A DNA stretch of 40,634 bases from Chitinophagaceae bacterium (lineage in GTDB: Bacteria; Bacteroidota; Bacteroidia; Chitinophagales; Chitinophagaceae): contig CANHEC010000001.1 of the NCBI GenBank assembly GCA_947459455.1, positions 1 through 40,634 on the forward strand. Reading direction: 5' to 3'. Below the pieces are notes generated by a model. The model saw only the letters and a list, made by a program, of their open reading frames with translations, made no database searches and was not told the DNA's origin. The position numbers and the translations under genes were made by a program. Of this stretch, positions 20,820 through 28,616 are shown in pieces (within the stretch, counting starts at the first letter, position 1; every line of letters begins with the position of its first letter).

Positions 20820-21031
20820 GCGTTGTGTTTGTGTGAGGGTAGATGTCTGCGATAGGAGAGGGCCAGCATTACTACTGCTGCTATCCATACTACAAATACG
20901 TACAGGTACAACAGCGGAATGCCGGCTACAAAAACCGGCCGGTTAAAAATGCTGATGAGCGGATATGATAGGAATAGCAGTAGAAGGCCTGCTATCATGA
21001 GTAGTTGTCGGGTACGTGGTCCTTTAGGCAT
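20816..21031 (-). CDS. Small 2-TM membrane protein translationally coupled to the kinase
   Basis: LFLSYPLISIFN..VAGIPLLYLYVFVVW, with an ATGA overlap onto the kinase start. Confidence 0.8.
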   Translation of the reverse strand: MPKGPRTRQLLMIAGLLLLFLSYPLISIFNRPVFVAGIPLLYLYVFVVWIAAVVMLALSYRRHLPSHKHNA

Positions 21032-21154
21032 CGGATATATTGTTCACTTTTCTGAAAATACGGCCAGGCCAGGGCTGCGCCAAAACAGTGTTGAGGAATG
21101 CTGCTGCCAATAGTGGACAACTGATCGCCAAGGACTTTATCGGGCTACTTGGCT

Positions 21155-21194
21155 AAAAAACAAATCGCTCCGCATCAAAGCGGAGCGATTTGTT
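21155..21194 (-). terminator. Intrinsic terminator ending the transport operon
   Basis: AACAAATCGCTCCGC-ATCAAA-GCGGAGCGATTTGTT, with a T-run on the minus strand. Confidence 0.85.
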
Positions 21195-21209
21195 GGATGC
21201 AGCGTTGGC

Positions 21210-21485
21210 TTATGCCAGCGGGTCGTCGTCGTAGTCGGTTATCTCGGCACTGCTTTCGGGCAGGTGCGCATACTCATTGTACCACGCATACATGCCAAAA
21301 ATGAAGAAGCCTACACAGATGGGTACAAAAATGACAAGGATGATAGACCACTGCAGGGTAGTGTTGGCCTTGGTGGCGGCACTGGCGGCGCTTATTTTTT
21401 CAAAAGCCTGCCAGGCGAGGAAAATAATGAGGGCGGGTGCCATGGCCATCCAAACCAGCCCGAGATATTTTTTAATTGCGTTCAT
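21210..21485 (-). CDS. Small 2-TM membrane protein (DUF6814-like)
   Basis: MNAIKKYLGLVW..LQWSIILVIFVPI..GFFIFG.YA..EY, directly downstream of the MFS gene. Confidence 0.7.
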   Translation of the reverse strand: MNAIKKYLGLVWMAMAPALIIFLAWQAFEKISAASAATKANTTLQWSIILVIFVPICVGFFIFGMYAWYNEYAHLPESSAEITDYDDDPLA

Positions 21486-21521
21486 GATACTGAAGTTTGA
21501 AAGTGAAACGAGAATACGGGT

Positions 21522-23261
21522 TTAGTCCATTACGTCTTGATCGATTTTGTTTCGCAGGTACAGTGCACCAATAATGAAGCACACTGCGGCTACTCCGATG
21601 GGATACAAGAGCCCGGCCAACGGATTGCCCGCCGGCTTATCGGCGGTTTTGGTAAACTCCACGATGAGCGTACCCAAAAACGGAACAAGGCCGCCAAATA
21701 CGCCATTACCGATGTGATAGGGCAAACTCATCGACGTGTAACGGATTTTGGTGGGGAACATTTCAACCAGGAAAGCTGCAATGGGGCCATACACCATGGT
21801 CACAAAAATGATTTGCACAAACACAATGAAAATAAGTTGCCAGTATACACTACTGCCCATATTCTTTTCTACGGATTCGCTGGCTTTGGCCGATTTGCTG
21901 AGGGCATTTACCGTAGTGCTTCCATCCGACAGGGTAGTGCCTTTGCCGGCGTTGAGCGGCGCGGTGATTACCTCTGTACTGCCATCGGCCGCGGGTACCG
22001 TGATGCTGAGTGTTTTATTGGCAGGAGTGAAGCCAGATGCCAGTTTTACTGTATCAGTTTTTGTGTTTTTAAATACCGATCCATCGGTATAGGCAGTGGT
22101 GAATGTTTGTTTTAGGAGCAGGCGATCGGGGTGCTTGGCATCGAAGTGAGCCGTACGTTCACTGGCGCTGCTGTTGCCGGCATCAATCATTGCCGTGCGT
22201 TCGTTGGCATCGGTGATGCTGTACATTTTTTGAAACAAAGGCCAGTAGCTCACCACGCCTAAAAACATACCTGTGAGCATGATCCATTTGCGGCCAATGC
22301 GATCGCTGAGAGAGCCGAAAATGACAAAGAATGGCGTAGCCATAGCGATGGCAATGATGATGATGTTGCGGCTTTGCACAAAGTCGATCTTACACACGTT
22401 TTCGATAAAGCTTTGTGCGTAAAACTGGCCGGTGTACCATACAACGCCCTGGCCCATGACAGCGCCAAATAGCGCCAGTAGTACCATTTTAAAGTTGGCT
22501 TTGTGGCCAAAGCTTTCTTTCAATGGGTTGGTGCTTGTTTTGCCTTCGTGCTTCAGTTTGGCAAACAGTGGCGATTCGCTCATGCGCATACGAATGAAAA
22601 CAGAAACGATTACCAGCGCCAGCGAGATCCAGAAGGGTATACGCCAGCCACCCCATTCTGCACCAAAGTTTTCTACTCCCTGGCTTTGGCGAATAAGGAT
22701 GATGACGCCTAGTGCCAGAAAGAGCCCGAGGGTGGCCGTTGTTTGAATCCAACTGGTCCAGAAGCCACGGCGGTGGGCCGGTGCATGCTCGGCCACATAA
22801 GTGGCAGCACCACCATACTCGCCACCCAGTGCCAGGCCTTGTACAAGGCGCAAAATGAGTACGAGTGCCGGTGCAGCCCACCCAATGGTAGCATAGCCGG
22901 GTACCAGTCCAATAAGGAAAGTAGAGCCCCCCATCAGCACCAGCGTAAGTAAGAAGGTGTATTTGCGGCCAATAAGGTCGCCGAGACGGCCAAATACGAG
23001 TGCGCCAAATGGGCGTACAATAAAGCCCGCCGCGAAAATGGCCAGCGTACTGAGGAGGGCAGAGGTACCACTGTCTTCGGGAAAAAACTGCTTGGAGATG
23101 ATGGTGGCCAGCATGCCGAAGATGTAGAAGTCGTACCACTCAATGAGGGTGCCTACCGAGGAGGCGCCAATGATGAAACCGATGCCCTTTGGCGCGGCTT
23201 CGTTGTTGGCTTTGCCGTTCATGGTCGATTTGTACAGACCAGGTTCAGTGTTTGTATTCAT
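21522..23261 (-). CDS. MFS transporter, metabolite:H+ symporter family
   Basis: GTLIEWYDF, FGRLGDLIGRK, GLALGGEYGGA, EMFPTKIRYTSMSLPYHIGNG. Start uncertain (23261 or 23222). Confidence 0.92.
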   Translation of the reverse strand: MNTNTEPGLYKSTMNGKANNEAAPKGIGFIIGASSVGTLIEWYDFYIFGMLATIISKQFFPEDSGTSALLSTLAIFAAGFIVRPFGALVFGRLGDLIGRKYTFLLTLVLMGGSTFLIGLVPGYATIGWAAPALVLILRLVQGLALGGEYGGAATYVAEHAPAHRRGFWTSWIQTTATLGLFLALGVIILIRQSQGVENFGAEWGGWRIPFWISLALVIVSVFIRMRMSESPLFAKLKHEGKTSTNPLKESFGHKANFKMVLLALFGAVMGQGVVWYTGQFYAQSFIENVCKIDFVQSRNIIIIAIAMATPFFVIFGSLSDRIGRKWIMLTGMFLGVVSYWPLFQKMYSITDANERTAMIDAGNSSASERTAHFDAKHPDRLLLKQTFTTAYTDGSVFKNTKTDTVKLASGFTPANKTLSITVPAADGSTEVITAPLNAGKGTTLSDGSTTVNALSKSAKASESVEKNMGSSVYWQLIFIVFVQIIFVTMVYGPIAAFLVEMFPTKIRYTSMSLPYHIGNGVFGGLVPFLGTLIVEFTKTADKPAGNPLAGLLYPIGVAAVCFIIGALYLRNKIDQDVMD

Positions 23262-23308
23262 GTTTGTATTGCTTGAAATGATGAAGAGTATTGATTGCAA
23301 ACCGGTTT

Positions 23309-24757
23309 TCAGAGGTACACTTGAAATTGCAGCAGGAATTCGCCGCGGGTACCGTTTATTTTTCGTTCGCCATTTACATTATAGTACAGCGGCCGGGTGC
23401 TGTATTGCGGGGTTATTTTGGCGTGGTGTCCATCAATGAAGAAATTGGCACCCGCATCGAAGTAGTGACCGGCCTGGTCGAGTGCATCAAACTTTTTGTA
23501 GGTATATGCTGCAAATGGCTGGATGCGCATTTTACCATTTTTTCCTTTGGGCAGTAGCAAGCCGGCTTGGGTATACCAGATATTACCGGTGCCTACAAAC
23601 ATGCGGCCATTGCCGGCGCCGTTCAGGGTTTTGGCTGCTGCATCCAGCGCAGGGTCCAGGCCTGTGGCCGGGTTCATGATGGCGATGGTACGCAGATAGT
23701 TGGGGCCAAAATTGTAATTGTAGAATACCGAATAGGCAGTGATGGCCATGTTTTTTTGCTTGTTGCCAATGGGCAGGTCGGCAAAAACATCAGCCCCCAG
23801 CAACGTGATATCGTGCTTAGCCATGCTATTGCTGCTGGCGGCTGTGCGGCTCATGGTGCCATTGGCGTTGTGGTAAAAGCCAGCGCCCACATTGAGAACA
23901 CGCTTGGTGCCTATGTAGGTGCCCACCCTGAACGGAAGCAGGTTCGATTCCTGATCAAAAAACTGATAGTCGAAATAGCCTCCGATAGCGGGTTTGGCAT
24001 CGCCATTATTGTCCACGGCTACAGGGCCTTTTACCGGGTCGGGGTTACCTGGCGTGTTGTTGGTAGCAAACGGCTTATTCAGGTGCATGCTGTAGTTCAG
24101 CTTGCCCAGCTTTCCTTTTGCGTACAGGCCGTACTGCCGCACAAACTGATCGCTGAATTCAACCAGCGGCCAGTTGAACACAGGCCCATCGATGGTGAGA
24201 AAGTTGAGCGTAGAGGCCGATGAAATGCGGCTGATACCCCACCAGTAATGCAGGCCGGCGCCGAGGTATAAGTTGTACTTGTTTTTCTTGCCGGTTTTGG
24301 GATGTACCGCCGGAATGACGGCGTATTCATTCCATGCATCATGAAAAAAGAGCTGCGGTTTTTTGCCGGCACCGTATCCGCCGGTACCGCTTGTGCCCGA
24401 TCCGCCGCCGGTGGCAAATGTTTGGTTGTTGATACCGAAGTGAGTAAGAATGAGGTAGCGGGGGGTGATTTGGGCATAGGCCAAAAAGCGGAGTCGGCGG
24501 GCACCCACATCCCAGGTGTTGTTGCTCACCTGTCCATTTACCAGCGAGCCGGGGTTGTTGTTGGTGCTACGCATCCAAATCTGATTCCATGTAATGAATC
24601 GGATGTAGCGTTTGCCGGTGCTGTCGAGGTTTAGTTTGAGGCCGCTGCCGTAAGTCTCGGATCCTTGGGCAAGACCTTGCATTGCCCAGGCGGCCATACA
24701 GACAAGTAGTAGCATCCATTGCCAATACCTGCCTTTGTTAGTTGGTTGTTTGTTCAT
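23309..24757 (-). CDS. Putative outer-membrane porin
   Basis: Signal peptide, amphipathic beta pattern, C-terminal LQFQVYL barrel signature, upstream of the MFS gene. Confidence 0.7.
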   Translation of the reverse strand: MNKQPTNKGRYWQWMLLLVCMAAWAMQGLAQGSETYGSGLKLNLDSTGKRYIRFITWNQIWMRSTNNNPGSLVNGQVSNNTWDVGARRLRFLAYAQITPRYLILTHFGINNQTFATGGGSGTSGTGGYGAGKKPQLFFHDAWNEYAVIPAVHPKTGKKNKYNLYLGAGLHYWWGISRISSASTLNFLTIDGPVFNWPLVEFSDQFVRQYGLYAKGKLGKLNYSMHLNKPFATNNTPGNPDPVKGPVAVDNNGDAKPAIGGYFDYQFFDQESNLLPFRVGTYIGTKRVLNVGAGFYHNANGTMSRTAASSNSMAKHDITLLGADVFADLPIGNKQKNMAITAYSVFYNYNFGPNYLRTIAIMNPATGLDPALDAAAKTLNGAGNGRMFVGTGNIWYTQAGLLLPKGKNGKMRIQPFAAYTYKKFDALDQAGHYFDAGANFFIDGHHAKITPQYSTRPLYYNVNGERKINGTRGEFLLQFQVYL

Positions 24758-24848
24758 TGGCTGGCGTTCGTTTTAAGCGAACACCAAATTGGAGCCAAAA
24801 CAATTGCGGAAAAAGTGAGAGGTATACAGCTGCAAAGCAGTATAGGTT

Positions 24849-25277
24849 TTATAAACCGGGCTTCCGAAATCGCTCCCATTTTATCACCATGAACTTGTCG
24901 CCCAATTCAGTTATCATAAAGCCCGCCGAACGTAGCTGCTCCCGATCGCCTAAAAAGTCAATCAACTCTTTGTGCGACAATACTTTGTAGGTGGGATGAT
25001 AGTCGAGGTGCACCGGCCGGCTGATTTGGTATTGGCGCACCCAGTTCATGACACTTACATGGCTCACGCCCAATATCCTTTCTATTTCCCGCAGGGTCAC
25101 TCCCTCTATGTATAGTTGCAGGGCTTTTACCACATAGTAGGGGTCAATGCTTTTCCCTTCTTTAAACACTGTAAAGAAGTACCCGCATTGTTTGCACCTG
25201 AAGCGCTGTCTGCCTTTCACCACGCCACTTTTAGCGTATTCTTCGCTTTTGCACTTAGGGCAGCAAATAGTCTTCAT
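24849..25277 (-). CDS. IS1 InsA-like Zn-ribbon + HTH protein with an extra C-terminal domain; putative regulator
   Basis: CPKC..KSG..GRQRFRCKQC Zn ribbon and HTH LYIEGVTLREIERILGVSHVSVMNWV. No DDE/InsB ORF nearby. Confidence 0.8.
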   Translation of the reverse strand: MKTICCPKCKSEEYAKSGVVKGRQRFRCKQCGYFFTVFKEGKSIDPYYVVKALQLYIEGVTLREIERILGVSHVSVMNWVRQYQISRPVHLDYHPTYKVLSHKELIDFLGDREQLRSAGFMITELGDKFMVIKWERFRKPGL

Positions 25278-25403
25278 ACGGCTGGTTTTTAAAGGGCCTA
25301 TACTTAATGAGCATAAATATACCTTTTTAGCAAACAAATACGGCTACCCCTCAAAGCCTTCTTTTACTTTAGCAGTATCAATTTACCTTAAAACGATTGC
25401 CAC

Positions 25404-27368
25404 ATGTCTGTTCCGTATCAGATCAGGAGCCTCAACCAATACCGAATGGCCTATGACTATAGCGTGACCGATCCCGAGGGCTTCTGGGGCGGCATTGCCG
25501 AGCATTTTGTATGGAAAAAGAAATGGGACAAGGTGCTGGATTGGAATTTTAGTGAGCCGAAAGTGGAGTGGTTCAAAGGTGGTCAGCTCAACATCACGGA
25601 GAACTGTCTCGATCGTCATTTGGCTTCGCTGGGCGATAAGCCAGCTATCATCTGGGAGCCCAACGATCCGGAAGATCATCACCGCATTCTTACCTATAAA
25701 GATCTGCACCACAAGGTGCTGCAGTTTGCCAATGTGCTGCGCAACAATGGGGTTAAGAAAGGCGACCGGGTTTGCATATACATGGGTATGATTCCTGAAC
25801 TGGTGATCTCGGTGCTGGCCTGCGCCCGGGTAGGGGCCATTCATTCGGTCATCTTTGGTGGCTTTAGTGCCCAAAGTATTGCCGATCGCATACAGGACGC
25901 ACAGGCGTCTTGCGTCATCACCTGCGATGGTGCTTTTAGGGGAAACAAAGTGATTCCGCTGAAAAGCACCATTGATGATGCCATGATTGGCTGTCCCAGC
26001 GTGAAGCGCATCATTGTATGTACGCATACCCGAACTCCCGTGAGCATGATCAAAGGCCGCGATGTATGGTGGGAAGACGAGATCAAGAAAGTAGAGACCA
26101 TGGGTAATCCTGATTTTCCGGCAGCTGCCATGGATGCAGAAGACCCACTGTTTATTTTGTACACCAGCGGCAGCACCGGCAAGCCAAAAGGAGTGGTGCA
26201 CACCTGCGCTGGCTACATGGTTTGGAGCAACTATACGTTTTTGAACGTATTTCAGTACCAGCGTGGTCAGGTGCATTTTTGTACGGCCGATATTGGCTGG
26301 ATAACAGGCCACAGTTACATTGTTTATGGTCCGCTTTTATCGGGCGCTACTTCGCTCATGTTCGAAGGCATACCCACCTGGCCCGATGCAGGCCGCTTTT
26401 GGGATATCGTGCAAAAGTTTGGTGTAGACATTCTATACACTGCACCTACCGCCATTCGCAGCCTGATGGGCTTTGGTGAAGGGCCGCTGCACGGCAAGCG
26501 GATGGACTCGCTGAAAGTACTGGGTACGGTAGGTGAGCCCATCAATAGCGAGGCATGGCACTGGTACGATGAAAATGTGGGCAAAGGCAAATGCCCGATT
26601 GTAGACACCTGGTGGCAAACTGAAACAGGCGGCATCATGATCAGCAACCTGGCAGGTATAACGCCGGCCAAGCCTACGTTTGCCACTTTGCCCTTGCCCG
26701 GCATTCAGCCGCTGCTGGTAGATGAAAACGGGAAGCCGGTACCCAATGGCGACGCGGCAGCCGATGGTGTGTATGTAGAACAGCCCGAGGGCAACGGTCT
26801 CAAGTCCAGCGGCAACCTGTGCATCAAGTTTCCCTGGCCAGGCATGCTTCGCACCACCTGGGGCGATCATGAGCGTTGCCGGCAAACTTATTTTTCAGCC
26901 TACGAGCATTTGTACTTTACCGGTGATGGTTGCCTGCGAGATGAGCACGGCAACTACCGCATTACCGGCCGTGTAGATGATGTGCTCAATGTGAGCGGTC
27001 ACCGCATTGGAACCGCTGAGGTGGAGAATGCCATCAATATGCACGCCGGCGTAGTAGAAAGCGCCGTGGTGGGATATCCGCATGATATCAAAGGGCAAGG
27101 CATTTATGCTTACATCATCTATCAGGGCTTTCACGAAGATGAAAACCTGACCCGACAAGATATTCTGCAAACCGTCACCCGCATCATCGGGCCCATTGCC
27201 AAGCCCGATAAGATTCAGTTTGTACCGGGGCTACCCAAAACACGCAGTGGCAAAATCATGCGGCGCATCCTGCGAAAAATAGCAGAGAACGATTTGGGCA
27301 ACCTGGGTGACACCAGTACCCTGCTTGACCCAGCGGTAGTAGAAGAAATTCGGGACGGCCGCTTGTAA
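25404..27368 (+). CDS. acs: Acetyl-CoA synthetase
   Basis: YTSGSTGKPKG, TADIGWITGHSY, VGEPIN, DTWWQTETGG, PKTRSGKIMRR. Confidence 0.97.
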   Translation: MSVPYQIRSLNQYRMAYDYSVTDPEGFWGGIAEHFVWKKKWDKVLDWNFSEPKVEWFKGGQLNITENCLDRHLASLGDKPAIIWEPNDPEDHHRILTYKDLHHKVLQFANVLRNNGVKKGDRVCIYMGMIPELVISVLACARVGAIHSVIFGGFSAQSIADRIQDAQASCVITCDGAFRGNKVIPLKSTIDDAMIGCPSVKRIIVCTHTRTPVSMIKGRDVWWEDEIKKVETMGNPDFPAAAMDAEDPLFILYTSGSTGKPKGVVHTCAGYMVWSNYTFLNVFQYQRGQVHFCTADIGWITGHSYIVYGPLLSGATSLMFEGIPTWPDAGRFWDIVQKFGVDILYTAPTAIRSLMGFGEGPLHGKRMDSLKVLGTVGEPINSEAWHWYDENVGKGKCPIVDTWWQTETGGIMISNLAGITPAKPTFATLPLPGIQPLLVDENGKPVPNGDAAADGVYVEQPEGNGLKSSGNLCIKFPWPGMLRTTWGDHERCRQTYFSAYEHLYFTGDGCLRDEHGNYRITGRVDDVLNVSGHRIGTAEVENAINMHAGVVESAVVGYPHDIKGQGIYAYIIYQGFHEDENLTRQDILQTVTRIIGPIAKPDKIQFVPGLPKTRSGKIMRRILRKIAENDLGNLGDTSTLLDPAVVEEIRDGRL

Positions 27369-27388
27369 AAGCTCGATAAATGCAATCA

Positions 27389-27426
27389 AAAAGCTCCGCT
27401 GCACTAACTGGTACAGCGGAGCTTTT
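27389..27426. terminator. Bidirectional terminator between acs and alkB
   Basis: AAAAGCTCCGCTG...CAGCGGAGCTTTT. Confidence 0.85.
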
Positions 27427-27428
27427 AG

Positions 27429-28493
27429 TTAAGTAATAGCAGCAGGCTGTAGTTGCTCATACTTTTTCATTTGCCGGTGCATGACTGCAAACCACAGTGG
27501 CGGAATTGTACTCAGCAACATGCTGCCCGGGTAGCCGGTAGGTAGCTGCGGCGCATCATCATGATGGCGGAGCACCTGGTATTTGCGGCTGGCCAGGTAG
27601 TGATGGTCGCTATGGCGGCTCAGCTCAAATAATATAAGCCGGCCAAAAACATGATTGCTATTCCAACTGTGCCAGGGCATGGCTCGTTCGTACTTGCCGG
27701 GTGCCGTTTGCTGGCGTGCCAGTCCATAGTGCTCTATGTAGTTCACGGTTTCCAGCAGCAGGATGCCCATTATAGCCGCTGCTAAAAAATACAGCAAGGC
27801 GGTTGTGCCAAACCACCAGCCAATGGCTGCTACGAACAGTAGCGAGAGTACCTGTAATTGCAGCATTTCATTGCGCCAGCCAAATGCGTGGCCGGTGTGC
27901 TTGCGGCATTCTTCATTAGCTATGCGCCAGGCACCGCTGTACACGCCTGTAATGCTGCGCCACCAAAATCCATACAGGCTAAGGCCAAGCGGTGCGCTGC
28001 TGGGGTCTCCGGGTGTCGATACGTGTTTATGGTGGCCTTTGTTATGTTCAATAAAGAAATGCGTGTACAGCGAAGTGAGTAGCAGGGCTTTGGCCAGCCA
28101 TTGTTCATAGGGCTTTACGCGGTGGCCCAGTTCGTGCCCCACATTAATGCCGAATGTACCGCAGGCGAGGCCCATGGCCGATACACGACCTAATTGCTCC
28201 CACCAGGTCAGACTTTGGGTACCGATGTGTGAAAGAAAAAGATACAAGGACCAGTATTGAAGCGGTACTAGGATGTAGAGCAGCGTATCGTAAACCGGAT
28301 CTGCTTTGGCAATCGCTTCTTCGGCCGCATCCATATTAGTCGGGTCGGGCTTTACCAGCAGCTCCAGCAGCGGCAGGGCTGCAAAGGCGATAAGCACCGG
28401 CAGAAAAACCTGCCAGCCAGTAGTGAGCATGGCACGCTGAATGCTGATATACAGCAGTAGCGGCAAGGCGTATTTAAATGCTTTCCAATGCAT
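27429..28493 (-). CDS. alkB: Alkane 1-monooxygenase (membrane di-iron)
   Basis: His boxes HELGH, EHNKGHH, NYIEHYG and LSRHSDHH. Confidence 0.92.
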   Translation of the reverse strand: MHWKAFKYALPLLLYISIQRAMLTTGWQVFLPVLIAFAALPLLELLVKPDPTNMDAAEEAIAKADPVYDTLLYILVPLQYWSLYLFLSHIGTQSLTWWEQLGRVSAMGLACGTFGINVGHELGHRVKPYEQWLAKALLLTSLYTHFFIEHNKGHHKHVSTPGDPSSAPLGLSLYGFWWRSITGVYSGAWRIANEECRKHTGHAFGWRNEMLQLQVLSLLFVAAIGWWFGTTALLYFLAAAIMGILLLETVNYIEHYGLARQQTAPGKYERAMPWHSWNSNHVFGRLILFELSRHSDHHYLASRKYQVLRHHDDAPQLPTGYPGSMLLSTIPPLWFAVMHRQMKKYEQLQPAAIT

Positions 28494-28563
28494 AGCAATC
28501 GACCACTATATGGGTGGTTAGCAAATTAGGGGCAAACGACATTGCAGCCGTTTTTTGTGGCAC

Positions 28564-28593
28564 AAAAAAAGCCGCCCAGAAGGGCGGCCTTTT
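28564..28593 (-). terminator. Intrinsic terminator after T9SS protein 1
   Basis: AAAAAAAGCCGCCC-AGAA-GGGCGGCCTTTT. Confidence 0.85.
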
Positions 28594-28616
28594 GTCCAGA
28601 GAGGGTTGTTCAGGGT

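Noticed and set aside
24849-25337. Active IS1-family insertion sequence
   Set aside because: No InsB/DDE ORF, no terminal inverted repeats or target duplication seen, and the gene fits cleanly into the operon layout. Reported as a putative regulator instead.
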